Source: a virus (lineage: Duplodnaviria > Caudoviricetes). From it: DNA of 64,000 nucleotides. The stretch covers positions 295,551-359,550 of IMG/VR virus record IMGVR_UViG_3300015606_001334, one strand, 5' to 3'. Made by a program: the position numbers and the translations under genes. Below the pieces are notes generated by a model. It did no database searches, had not been told where the DNA came from, and saw only the letters and a list, made by a program, of their open reading frames with translations. Positions 19,900 to 29,307 of the stretch are shown here, piece after piece; position 1 is the first letter of the stretch; the number at the start of each line of letters is the position of its first letter.

Positions 19900-21534
19900 T
19901 TATTCTTCTTCACCTTTATTTTCGGAGTGATCTTTTGCGTCAACAGTGTCGAGTGATTTAGTTGAGAGGTGGACCAACGCTGGATTGACTAGGACATTAG
20001 CTTGAGCAAGAGCACGACGACCTAGAAGAACGTCATAGTTTAGGCCACCGCGGTCATTGACAGTGAATTCCACATTGTGGAGAACGTTGCCATCAATCAC
20101 AATATCCAAGCGGATAATTGGACGCTTTTCTTTACCGTTTGCTGCAACAATCTTAACGCTCTTCAATAGGCTGAAGCGGTAGCGATAGTCGCCAAAGGTA
20201 AACGAAATAGTTTCGTCATTCATGTCGATATCAGAACCGTTGATTGAGCTGTATTCTGCGCCGGTGTCGATACGAACATCAATTGGCTTTTCGTCGTTGA
20301 AGTACTTGATGACGACCTTATCAACAGAACCAACTAGAGAGAAGTCATCATTGCTGATTTTCTCTTTTTCTGGCTCAATTACTTTTTGATGTTCAGCATC
20401 CTTGTTAGGAGTCTCTTTAGTGTGCTTTGGTTCTTCGTCCTCTTCGGTTTCATGACCATCGCTATCCTCTTCAGATTCGACTTCTTCCTCTTCCTCATTG
20501 GACTTTGGCTCAGAGTCTTCCTCAGTCTCGTGACCGTCTGGATCTTCCTCTGATTCGACTTCTTCTTCTTCCTCTTCAGGAGCAACCTCACCAGAGTTTA
20601 CAACCTTCTCAGTAGGAGTGTTTTCTTGTTTGTTGACCTCGGAGTTCTCGGTGGCACCGCCCATCATTGTTCCTACGAACTCAATGACCTTATCAGCGAT
20701 GTTGAATTCAATCACTTCCTGCATCGCCTCGAAACCAGGAGAGCCATTAACTTCTAGTAGGTAGATTTCCTTGTCAACAACGATGTAATCGACTGCGGCG
20801 AACTGGGTACCAACTAGCTTTGCGGCTTTAATACAAATTTCGGATTCTTCTGGAGTTGGGTCGTACTTCTTAAGTTCTGCACCTTGATGAGCATTAGAAC
20901 GGAAGTCGCCGTCTGGGATAGTGCGAACTACACCAGCAAGAGCTTGATCACCAAGAACTAGGATACGAGCAGATTCTTCGTGAGCAATATATTCTTGAAG
21001 CATGAACTCAACGTTAGTCTTAACCAATTGCTGGCAGATAGAACGAAGAGACGCAAGAGAATCAGCACGCATAACACCAACACCGTGAGTACCGAAAATG
21101 GTCTTGACGATGACTGGGAATTTACCACCAATTGATTCAAGAGCTTTGTCCAACTGCTCTTCATTGATGAACAATGCAGTCTTTGGTGTTTTGATTCCCT
21201 CATTGTTGAGGATAATTTGAGTCTCGATTTTGTTTGACGCGGTTCTCATCGAGGTGCCAGTATTCAGAACCTTTACCCCAATCTTTTCAAAGTGCTTCAT
21301 AATAGCAACTTTGTAGTCAAGATTGGTTTCGGAAAGTCGTGGAATGCAAGCATCTGCCTTTTCAAACTTAGTACCCTTATTTGCGAAATACGTATCGGTC
21401 GCTAAATAAATGTAGCATTCGTCCGGGTTGATGACTTCTAATTCGAAGCCAGCTTTCTCAGCGCTTTCTGTGAACTTTTCCTGAACGAAACTTTCTGGTT
21501 CAGTAGTAAAAAGGACTATCTTTTTCTTATCCAT
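19900..21534 (-). CDS. rimK: RimK-family ATP-grasp ligase fused via an acidic linker to a RimB-like retropepsin protease
   Basis: FPVIVKT.FGTHG.GV, LQEYI, DFRSNAHQG and LEVNGSPG (RimK). RIDTGAEYSSI ... LLGR (aspartyl protease, RimB/'ATP-dependent Zn protease' family). Confidence 0.85.
   Translation of the reverse strand: MDKKKIVLFTTEPESFVQEKFTESAEKAGFELEVINPDECYIYLATDTYFANKGTKFEKADACIPRLSETNLDYKVAIMKHFEKIGVKVLNTGTSMRTASNKIETQIILNNEGIKTPKTALFINEEQLDKALESIGGKFPVIVKTIFGTHGVGVMRADSLASLRSICQQLVKTNVEFMLQEYIAHEESARILVLGDQALAGVVRTIPDGDFRSNAHQGAELKKYDPTPEESEICIKAAKLVGTQFAAVDYIVVDKEIYLLEVNGSPGFEAMQEVIEFNIADKVIEFVGTMMGGATENSEVNKQENTPTEKVVNSGEVAPEEEEEEVESEEDPDGHETEEDSEPKSNEEEEEVESEEDSDGHETEEDEEPKHTKETPNKDAEHQKVIEPEKEKISNDDFSLVGSVDKVVIKYFNDEKPIDVRIDTGAEYSSINGSDIDMNDETISFTFGDYRYRFSLLKSVKIVAANGKEKRPIIRLDIVIDGNVLHNVEFTVNDRGGLNYDVLLGRRALAQANVLVNPALVHLSTKSLDTVDAKDHSENKGEEE
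20425..20578 (-). repeat. Tandem duplication (~78 nt x2) in the acidic linker
   Basis: EEEEEVESEEDPDGHETEEDSEPK / EEEEEVESEEDSDGHETEEDEEPK. Confidence 0.85.
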
Positions 21535-21547
21535 TGCTTGCTGCCTC

Positions 21548-22006
21548 TTAGCAGAAGGTGCGATTACCAGGAACGCCTGCTAGCTCTCTCATGGTATTTA
21601 GAAGTTTAGTATTGTCTTTCTTAACTTCAGGCTGTTTTGATTCAACAAAAGTAACTTGTTGACCGGAGGTTTGGTCTGCTAGGGATGCTTTGCAGAAGGA
21701 AATTGATTTTAGAACCTTCGCGTTCTTGTATTCACCAGAGGCTGGGCAAGTCCAACTTACGTTTAGTACAATATCAAAAACTGCTTGGCTTGGATCGTTT
21801 GATGAAGATGCTGAAATAGATTCTGCATAAACACTGACGTCTTGGAATGAAGGTTCTTGTTGTGGAGCAACAACTGGAACTTCAGGGGAGTATTCAGTAT
21901 TAGGTACGGTTGAAACAACTGGAGTGTCGAACGCTGCTCCAACGGTGTCAGCACTTTGAACTGGCACTTGGGAAAGTGGTGCTGAAAAATTCATGGTTGG
22001 TTCCAT
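21548..22006 (-). CDS. Hypothetical protein (probable start MEPT at 22006), possibly head-associated
   Basis: AAGGA RBS before ATG 22006. C-terminal MRELAG motif. Confidence 0.55.
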   Translation of the reverse strand: MEPTMNFSAPLSQVPVQSADTVGAAFDTPVVSTVPNTEYSPEVPVVAPQQEPSFQDVSVYAESISASSSNDPSQAVFDIVLNVSWTCPASGEYKNAKVLKSISFCKASLADQTSGQQVTFVESKQPEVKKDNTKLLNTMRELAGVPGNRTFC

Positions 22007-22016
22007 TTTAGATCCT

Positions 22017-22679
22017 TTATTCTGATAGAAGAATTTCGTAGAAACGCTGAACGCGCGCTTCAAGCTTATCGAAGTATTTATTCAAATCAACGCAAAACTC
22101 TAATGGGAACCCGTCTTTAGTCGCCATAATGATTACGCCATGATCAATATTTGTTCCATACATTTCATTATGGGCTTGGGCATAAAAGGCTAACTGATAT
22201 TTGTAATCCTCAATCATGTCATCTGACTTGATTTTAGATGATGTTTTCCAGTCAAGGATACTCGCTTTGCCCTTATAGACGCCAATGCAGTCACATCTTC
22301 CGGCAATTCTCAGCTTGGTAGAGAACAATGCGACTTCCTGACCCCATACTTCATTGATCTTTTTGAGGTATCCTTTTACGGATTTGAAGCTTTTAATCTG
22401 TTGCTCAGTGAATTTCGACTCATCAATTTCTTCACCTTTGAGGAACATTTCGATTAGCAAATGAACAGCAGTCCCATTGGTGGTTGCCTCAAGGCTGATT
22501 TCAGCAGCTTTTTCTTCACCAATAGAGGCTTTCCAATTTTCTAAACTCTGTCGAGTTTCCTCTGATTGGGTTTTACCCAGCATGCTTGTAATAGACGGAA
22601 ATGCCAGCTCTTCGTTGATTACATACCAACGAAGATTGAATTCCTCAATAGTTTGAACGTCTTTGTAGTCGAATTTCAT
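22017..22679 (-). CDS. PD-(D/E)xK exonuclease (start probably MKFDY at 22679)
   Basis: PSITS.L, GTAVH..IE, E..L....IAGRCD, LDWKTS and YQLAFYA motifs. Confidence 0.8.
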   Translation of the reverse strand: MKFDYKDVQTIEEFNLRWYVINEELAFPSITSMLGKTQSEETRQSLENWKASIGEEKAAEISLEATTNGTAVHLLIEMFLKGEEIDESKFTEQQIKSFKSVKGYLKKINEVWGQEVALFSTKLRIAGRCDCIGVYKGKASILDWKTSSKIKSDDMIEDYKYQLAFYAQAHNEMYGTNIDHGVIIMATKDGFPLEFCVDLNKYFDKLEARVQRFYEILLSE

Positions 22680-22686
22680 AAATGGA

Positions 22687-22710
22687 AATGGGGATCCTAG
22701 GATCCCCATT
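22687..22710. repeat. Perfect 24-bp palindrome
   Basis: AATGGGGATCCTAGGATCCCCATT. Confidence 0.9.
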
Positions 22711-22727
22711 GAATGTGGATAGTGTAT

Positions 22728-24608
22728 TTATCCTAAAATTTTCTTTACCGATTTGGCAGAAATTAGAACGCCAAATGGATACTTGTCATTTGCGGATGGC
22801 TTGACATATTTTACAACAAATTCTTTGCCGGATGCCAATGAAACAAGATTTATTTTACCCTTGTTTTCTGACTTAACGACACCAGATTTACCCTTGGATA
22901 GTAGAGTAGAGAACTTGGTAAAGTCCGCATCAGAAAACTCTAGTGAGAAGTCCTTAACCTTGATTGTTGTACCACCGACTTCACCCATAGAAACTACGGA
23001 GAAAGTACCTAGATCGGCAAATTTATCAGTCTTGGAAAAATCTTCTAGTAGGCCAGTGGACTTGAACTCTTCAACCTTAGCTACTTCTGCTTCCTTAGCT
23101 ACAACTTGCTCGTAACCTTCCTTTAGGGAACCTTTACGCTCTGCCTTTAGAAGATCATTTAGCATGTAAATGTAGGTCTTGATACGAGTCTGCTTGATAG
23201 CGATCTTGGATAGGTTCTTGATGCGGTTTCTGAAGTCAGTTTTCTTGTAAGTTAGCAAGAATTCTGGTACACCAAGAGCGATAATCAAGTCATAAATTTT
23301 CTTGGAGATTTCAGTAGATAGTTGATCCTTAATTGCACCAACAACCTTCTCGTCCTTACCATCCTTGTCATCCTCTTCCTTAGCTTCGGCGATCTTATGG
23401 ATCTGACCCTTCTTAGCAGCAAGTTCCTTACCTAGCTTGTTTAGGATGTTCTTGATCTGTGGATGGTTTTGGATCATAGTAGCAATGTCTTTAACGCTCT
23501 TACGAACCTTAAACTTACGAATACCGATTTGATCAGCGCTTACACCCAAAAGAAGAACTGTTCTGAAGATCAATTGCTGGACAGGAGTAGAGAAGATCTT
23601 AGAAAGTTCTGCTTCTTCACCAGAAAGAGCAACGTGGAAAACGTCGTCAGTCTTGACATCATCTTCCTTTGGTTCTTCTTTTTTGACTTCCTTCTTTGGT
23701 TCCTTCTTCACTGCTTGAGCCTTGTGTTGCTTAGCTTCGTTTAGAGAAACCAATTGCTGTAGCAATGATTTGCCTTCTTGTTTCATTTTGTCGTCTTCCT
23801 TCTTAGGTTTCTTTTTGTCCTTCTTTTTGTCCTTCTTATCTGGATCAGTCTCATCATCTTCTGGATCTTCTTCAGCGTCGTCCTCTGATTTGTCTTCGGT
23901 GTCTGCTTCATCCTCACCATCTTCAGGTTTATCTTCACCTTCAGAATCGGCTTCGTCGTCGAAGCTTAGACCATCGGCAGTATCTTCACCATCTTCAGGC
24001 TTGTCTTCGCCGTCGGTTTCTTCGGTATCATCTTCAGACTCATCATCCTTCTTATCCTTCTTGTCATCTTTCTTTTTACCATCTTCGTCAGCGATTAGAT
24101 CTTCGTCATCCATGTCTTGAACGATATCGTCGTCAGTCAATGGTTCGTCAAGTTGATTTTCAATACCTGCCTCAGTAGAATCCTCTTCACCTGGAATTGA
24201 TCCGATTTCTTGAGCATCCTCTTCACCTGGCTTAACGACATGAACGATGTCGAATTCGTCAGATAGTTCTTCGAGCGCTTGATCGATATCATCGACCTTA
24301 CCAAGAAGTTGCGACATTTTCTGTTCAAAAGCTTCTGCTTCTTCAGCGTTGACGTAGACCTTTACGATTTCGCCATCAGTTGTTTCTAGGCCAAACGCTA
24401 CAGTGTCTACAGCGTCATCGGCTGCATCAACCGCTTGAAGATGATTGGTTACATCACCAGTGGTTAGTTCACTGCCGTGGATGTTCTTCAAAAGAGAGAA
24501 TTGGTTTGAAGCTGCATTTTGTGGGGTAGCCGCGATGTGTTGATCGTCTTCCTTGACGATACCCTTCGCTGCTAAAAAGTGTTTAAGTAGTGACATGTGG
24601 ATTTTCAC
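22728..24608 (-). CDS. Highly acidic protein, probable internal head protein
   Basis: 626 aa with a long D/E/K low-complexity tract. (L/I/V)-x-E motifs (VKED, LNEA, IAEA, LKEG, LLED) resemble T4 gp21 protease sites. Confidence 0.5.
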   Translation of the reverse strand: MKIHMSLLKHFLAAKGIVKEDDQHIAATPQNAASNQFSLLKNIHGSELTTGDVTNHLQAVDAADDAVDTVAFGLETTDGEIVKVYVNAEEAEAFEQKMSQLLGKVDDIDQALEELSDEFDIVHVVKPGEEDAQEIGSIPGEEDSTEAGIENQLDEPLTDDDIVQDMDDEDLIADEDGKKKDDKKDKKDDESEDDTEETDGEDKPEDGEDTADGLSFDDEADSEGEDKPEDGEDEADTEDKSEDDAEEDPEDDETDPDKKDKKKDKKKPKKEDDKMKQEGKSLLQQLVSLNEAKQHKAQAVKKEPKKEVKKEEPKEDDVKTDDVFHVALSGEEAELSKIFSTPVQQLIFRTVLLLGVSADQIGIRKFKVRKSVKDIATMIQNHPQIKNILNKLGKELAAKKGQIHKIAEAKEEDDKDGKDEKVVGAIKDQLSTEISKKIYDLIIALGVPEFLLTYKKTDFRNRIKNLSKIAIKQTRIKTYIYMLNDLLKAERKGSLKEGYEQVVAKEAEVAKVEEFKSTGLLEDFSKTDKFADLGTFSVVSMGEVGGTTIKVKDFSLEFSDADFTKFSTLLSKGKSGVVKSENKGKINLVSLASGKEFVVKYVKPSANDKYPFGVLISAKSVKKILG

Positions 24609-24625
24609 CTTTATGTGTAATTCTC

Positions 24626-26365
24626 TTATTTATGAGATTTTTTCTTTGGGAAATAATTTCTCTTGACTCGTTTCAATACCTTACCGTTGAACATACGGAC
24701 TGGTACTGGAGCGATCATACTTGAGGTGGTTGCTCCATCTGTAGCTCCAGCCACGGCAGCACTTGTAGTCGCAGGGGCCGCAACATCTCCACCTTCACCA
24801 TCTTCAACTAAAGAAGTTACGGTTTTAAGCAATGATAGATTTTCTGACATTTGTTTTCCTTTTGTCTTAAGAGACTCTTCAACTTTACTGTGGACGTCGG
24901 AAATGAATTTTCCGTAGATTGCCAAAATTAGGTCTTCAGTTCGTTTAGCCTTCTTAGTGGATTGAATGAGCTTATCGAGTTCCTTATTCAATTCAGCAAA
25001 TGCTAATAGAGTTCTCTTCTTAGATTCTTCCGAATATTGAATAGTCTTTCCGTTCTTCAACTCGACTTTGTAATCGCCTGATTCTCTCTTGAAGATGTCG
25101 AGTCGTTCATTTAGGTCGTTTCTAGTATCTTGTAAGATTGCGAGTATCTTATTCTTGTACATGTCGAAGTCTTTAATTTTCAACGACTTTACGAAATGTT
25201 CTGCAGTTTCCTCTACTGAATTACCTCTATAGCTAGCGAAGATCTTCTTTGCCTTCGCGGATCTAGCGAGTTCTTTGATATCGAATAGGTTTGCAATTCG
25301 TAGCTTGCAATTTCCGAATACTCCGCCCTTATTCAACAGTGGAGCTTCCATATCATCAGACATTACAGCACCGTTCAATTCATTTCTGATTTTGAAATTG
25401 AACTCATTGATCGCGGTAAAGAGGTCTCTATCAACAATCTTGATTTGATTGTCGCCATCGGACAGAACGAAACCTTCTAGGTCGCTTCTCTCTTTAGATT
25501 TGATGGTGGAGCTGAGGAATTCACCATTGTCAAGAAGATCTGCAAATAGTTGCTTCTTGATTGGTAATTTAAATTGGGTTAGAACTTGTTGATTTAGAAC
25601 GTCTTTCTCGCTCTTAATCACTTCTTTTGCGGCTGCTGGAATACCAACTAAACGCATAGTCATCGCTTCAAAATTCGATACCTCTCTATTGAGAGCTTTA
25701 GAAACTACATCGTTGCGGTCCTTAAGGAAGCTTTCTAGCTTTCCGACGATCTTCAACACCGACTTATGAGAGATTAAGCTTGACGAAACCTTCTCAGAAA
25801 CGTTCTTCACAATCTTCCATTTGAATGGTGATTTAGATGTGACTAGGTGTTGTCCATCAAGTGTGTCAATGATATTTGATTGGACAGTAGTTTCTTTTCC
25901 GTTGAGTGCATCCGCTAGCTTGTCAAAATGTGCTTGAGAAGTTCCGTCGACTGGACGTAGAAGGACGATGTAGTTAGTACCGTCTTCAGAATACTTTACC
26001 ACGTTTGGTTGTTTGCCGAAAACGACTTCAATTTCAATCTTATCGCCTGGGTGTAGATGACCTCGATACTTTCCAAGCTTCATGAAAGATTCGAGCGCAT
26101 CGTGCGCGGATCGGAATCCATTGTACGCGGCAACTTTGCTATAATCACCAGAAGCATATTTGCGATCTTTGTCGCCGGACTTTTGTTCACGAGTAGTATA
26201 GAAAATATCAGAGTCGTCTAAGCCAAACCACAAGTTTGCCCCGTCAATCTTTTCAGATACACGGAAGTTGAAGATGTTCTTGATGATTTCTATGAACTTG
26301 TCAATTGACAAATCTTCAATGTGGGTGATGCCTTCGTTAAGTCTGATGAGTCTCATGGTGGTCAC
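24626..26365 (-). CDS. Ligase/nucleotidyltransferase-like protein (KxDG; DUF6267-like); start probably ATG 26356
   Basis: EKIDG (motif I), EIEVV, EGFVL (IV) and IKIVDR (V). N-terminal LNEG. Under a TATAAATA promoter. Confidence 0.6.
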   Translation of the reverse strand: MTTMRLIRLNEGITHIEDLSIDKFIEIIKNIFNFRVSEKIDGANLWFGLDDSDIFYTTREQKSGDKDRKYASGDYSKVAAYNGFRSAHDALESFMKLGKYRGHLHPGDKIEIEVVFGKQPNVVKYSEDGTNYIVLLRPVDGTSQAHFDKLADALNGKETTVQSNIIDTLDGQHLVTSKSPFKWKIVKNVSEKVSSSLISHKSVLKIVGKLESFLKDRNDVVSKALNREVSNFEAMTMRLVGIPAAAKEVIKSEKDVLNQQVLTQFKLPIKKQLFADLLDNGEFLSSTIKSKERSDLEGFVLSDGDNQIKIVDRDLFTAINEFNFKIRNELNGAVMSDDMEAPLLNKGGVFGNCKLRIANLFDIKELARSAKAKKIFASYRGNSVEETAEHFVKSLKIKDFDMYKNKILAILQDTRNDLNERLDIFKRESGDYKVELKNGKTIQYSEESKKRTLLAFAELNKELDKLIQSTKKAKRTEDLILAIYGKFISDVHSKVEESLKTKGKQMSENLSLLKTVTSLVEDGEGGDVAAPATTSAAVAGATDGATTSSMIAPVPVRMFNGKVLKRVKRNYFPKKKSHK

Positions 26366-26384
26366 AATTATTGCGATAATGTTC

Positions 26385-26392
26385 TATTTATA
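26385..26392 (-). promoter_or_regulatory. T4-like late promoter TATAAATA
   Basis: TATTTATA on +, between the terminator and the start of the 579-aa gene. Confidence 0.8.
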
Positions 26393-26393
26393 G

Positions 26394-26425
26394 AAACAAA
26401 AATAGGGAGACCATGGTCTCCCTAT
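26394..26425 (-). terminator. Rho-independent terminator
   Basis: Perfect palindrome ATAGGGAGACCATGGTCTCCCTAT (26402-26425) with a U-tract on the - strand. Confidence 0.85.
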
Positions 26426-26441
26426 GTTATTTAGAGTCTAA

Positions 26442-26687
26442 TTAGACTGATTCTGCTGGGGCTGGAACTTCGCCTTCAGTCTTGTAGAGCTCCTTCTTGA
26501 TCAACTCGGTAATTTCGCGATTTGCTTCACGAAGAGCTGCTTCAGTCTTAGCAGCAGCGACACGTTGATCTTGTAGCTCACGTTCCCAAGTCATGATAAT
26601 TTGGGTAAGGCGTTGGACTGGGGCAGAGAACATCGATAGATCGTATTCTTGACCGTCGATGATGATAGTTTGAAGTTGGTTTTCCAT
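26442..26687 (-). CDS. Small coiled-coil phage protein
   Basis: 81 aa, AAGGA RBS, IIIDGQEYDL motif. Confidence 0.65.
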   Translation of the reverse strand: MENQLQTIIIDGQEYDLSMFSAPVQRLTQIIMTWERELQDQRVAAAKTEAALREANREITELIKKELYKTEGEVPAPAESV

Positions 26688-26705
26688 TTTGATTTTCCTT
26701 ATTTG

Positions 26706-28076
26706 TTATTTTCCGGTTTCGGATATTTCATTAACCATATCGAGAACTCCCAATAGGTTGCTTCGACGTGATTTATTTATCTTATCGAGAACGGTACCAC
26801 CGTCATGCTGAACGTCACCTGATCCTCGACGCTCTTTTTTGACATTCAAACCTTTATCTTTCGCACCATCATTGTTTGATACTCGGAGAGAGATAGGGTT
26901 CCAATGCAATAAAGTCTTTTTTCCTACGCCATTCGAGTTACGAGTTTTTGCGTACTCTAAGATGTATTCGCCTGCTGCTCGCATTTGCTCTGTTTGAATA
27001 ATCGGTAGGAAGTTGTCACAAGTGTTGACCTTCGAAATACCGCCTTGAATGTGACCTTGGTGAACGTTATCGGCTTCAAGAGCTGCTCTACCTAGCTGAG
27101 AAGCAGAGATTACCAAGCAGTCAAAATCGTGACCAAGTGCTCGAGCTTCTTCAGCTACATACTTGTCCTTGATGAAGAGGTTATCAAGAGCAATCTTATG
27201 GTTTGTCGTCATAAGATCAAGATAGTCGATCACGATGAAGTCTGGTAGGAATCCATGGACTGATTCGAATTCCTTAATGTACGCGCGAAGATGATTGGCG
27301 TTAGTGGAGCTTTCTGGGAAACGCTTCACATAGAACTTACCCATCATTGCCCGAGCTTCTTCAAGATCGTGAGAAATCTTGTGGATGTTCTTGAAGATGT
27401 CTTGCTGGCCGATACCAGTGATCATTGAGTCGAGACGTTTTGCAACGACCTCTTCACTCAATTCCAAGGTAAAGTAGATACCATTTAGACCTTGGGTAAG
27501 TAGGTTGCAAGCCAAGTTCAACATGAAGATGGACTTACCTACACCTGAGTTTGCACCAAACAATAGCAATTCTTGACGGCCTACTCCACCACCAAGAACC
27601 TCATCAACGTCTCTCCATCCGGTTGGGATGAGTCGAGTGTTGTCAAGAAGCTTCTTTAGGCGAAGTTCTGGATTTCCAAAGTAATCGGTACCAAGGTCTC
27701 GATTAAGGCTGACACCAATAGCTTGCTTGAGGTTTGTTTCGATCTTGCCGAAATCACCTTCACCTAGAAGCTTAGGAGCTCCCAAGATTGCAGCCTCAAT
27801 CGCCTTGTTCTTACAGAATTGCTCGACTTGGTCAGCAACATACTTGACTTCAGCTTTAGTGATTTGTTTTTTCTCAATAGCCATTCCTGTCTCAGCTTTG
27901 ATGACATCTGGAGCTGGAATGTTCTTGTACTTTTCGAAGTACTCTTGAGCAAAGTTGACGACCCGTTTAATGGATGGGTCGAAGTAGGATGATTTGATGA
28001 TACTGTGACAAGTCGCGAACAGATCATGATCGCTCAATAGACTCGTCACAAGCAATTTCTGCTTGTCAATTTCCAT
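26706..28076 (-). CDS. gp41: Replicative DNA helicase (T4 gp41/DnaB-like)
   Basis: Walker A GANSGVGKS, TLELSEE, IVIDYLDLM, SASQLGR, KTRNS. Confidence 0.92.
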   Translation of the reverse strand: MEIDKQKLLVTSLLSDHDLFATCHSIIKSSYFDPSIKRVVNFAQEYFEKYKNIPAPDVIKAETGMAIEKKQITKAEVKYVADQVEQFCKNKAIEAAILGAPKLLGEGDFGKIETNLKQAIGVSLNRDLGTDYFGNPELRLKKLLDNTRLIPTGWRDVDEVLGGGVGRQELLLFGANSGVGKSIFMLNLACNLLTQGLNGIYFTLELSEEVVAKRLDSMITGIGQQDIFKNIHKISHDLEEARAMMGKFYVKRFPESSTNANHLRAYIKEFESVHGFLPDFIVIDYLDLMTTNHKIALDNLFIKDKYVAEEARALGHDFDCLVISASQLGRAALEADNVHQGHIQGGISKVNTCDNFLPIIQTEQMRAAGEYILEYAKTRNSNGVGKKTLLHWNPISLRVSNNDGAKDKGLNVKKERRGSGDVQHDGGTVLDKINKSRRSNLLGVLDMVNEISETGK

Positions 28077-28094
28077 TATACACCTTTGTTGTTA

Positions 28095-28289
28095 TTATTT
28101 TGGCGAAAAAATACCAAGCAAACTCCTTAGCCTGATTTGGCAATAGGCGTAGGCGTCTGCATTACCTTGACTTTTGGCTCTTAATTCATCACTTCGCAAT
28201 AAATCATTAGCTCTTAACTGAGCGCTGTTCTTTAATTCTTCGAGCTCAGTATTTACAAGGTCAAAAATATCCGATTCTTTGATACACAA
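28095..28289 (-). CDS. Hypothetical protein
   Basis: 64-aa ORF filling the primase-helicase gap. Confidence 0.4.
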   Translation of the reverse strand: MCIKESDIFDLVNTELEELKNSAQLRANDLLRSDELRAKSQGNADAYAYCQIRLRSLLGIFSPK

Positions 28290-28311
28290 TGCTTAATCCT
28301 TTTTGATTTTG

Positions 28312-29304
28312 TTATCGTGAGCAGTTTAGCTCAATAAGCATCTTAGCTTCAAATTCGTTTTTGGGAATTTGATTGAACAATTGAAAAATTGTCCAGCACT
28401 TACCATACGTTATTATACTCTTATTTACGTCTTCTGTAAACTGTGGGGCAAAAGTAATTTTCCACCCATGTTCGAGAGCTTTCTCTGCCACCATTCGGCC
28501 ATTCTTGTCCTTATCAATGACGAAGATCAACTCTCTTCTGCTCTTCTTGAGCAGCTCAATTTTTGCTTCATTGATCTTTGAACCAATGAGTGCAACTCCA
28601 TTCAGCGGAAGGGCATCAAAGATCCCTTCAGTCACGAACAATGGAGACGTACCTCCCCTAAACAACTCATCAAAATTGAACAAGATGTTCTCTTTAGGCT
28701 CGGTACAATTGTCCCAACGATCCTTCTTACTGGCTCCATTCGTATAGTTTCGACCTTGCCAATAGATGATCTTCCCGTTGCGATAGAACGGAATGATCAC
28801 ATAGTTGAGATACTTCGGATCAAGAGAAAAGTAGAAAGGATAATCAAATGGGTCGATCTTCCGACTCATGAGATAGTCAATGATCCTCTCTTGAACTTCT
28901 ACCCCACGTTCATCCCCTAACTGAAAGCAGCTTTTAGGCAGAGCAACTTCCGGAGTGAACAGGTAATTCTTTTTCTCTTTGGTTGGTGTAACATCAGCTA
29001 GAGAGATTGTGTCACTCTCGGCATTGTTCTTGAAAAAGGCCTTACCAATCTCTTGATCTAGATCCTCATTGGAGATGCCAAACGAGTTGAGGACCTTTCT
29101 GAACTTGCGAGACAGTTCTCCACTGTTCTCGACATATCGTCCAGCCGTCCCACAGTTAAAGCAGTTGTAACCGACTTCGCCGCCCTGGAATTTGAAGCCA
29201 CCACGATCGGTGTGATCGTGGCAAACCTCACAAACACAATGATGGAAGCCGGTGCGGGCCACTCGGGTAAAGTGGACCCTCTGCCGGATCAGATCTTCAA
29301 GCAT
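28312..29304 (-). CDS. gp61: DNA primase (T4 gp61-like)
   Basis: Zn finger CEVC...YNCFNC, IIPFY...YWQGR, TOPRIM VTEGIFDA...DKDKNG. Confidence 0.9.
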   Translation of the reverse strand: MLEDLIRQRVHFTRVARTGFHHCVCEVCHDHTDRGGFKFQGGEVGYNCFNCGTAGRYVENSGELSRKFRKVLNSFGISNEDLDQEIGKAFFKNNAESDTISLADVTPTKEKKNYLFTPEVALPKSCFQLGDERGVEVQERIIDYLMSRKIDPFDYPFYFSLDPKYLNYVIIPFYRNGKIIYWQGRNYTNGASKKDRWDNCTEPKENILFNFDELFRGGTSPLFVTEGIFDALPLNGVALIGSKINEAKIELLKKSRRELIFVIDKDKNGRMVAEKALEHGWKITFAPQFTEDVNKSIITYGKCWTIFQLFNQIPKNEFEAKMLIELNCSR

Positions 29305-29307
29305 TCG

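Noticed and set aside
22017-22679. Cas4 / CRISPR association of the exonuclease
   Set aside because: No Fe-S cysteine set, array or other cas genes; it fits a generic phage PD-(D/E)xK exonuclease.
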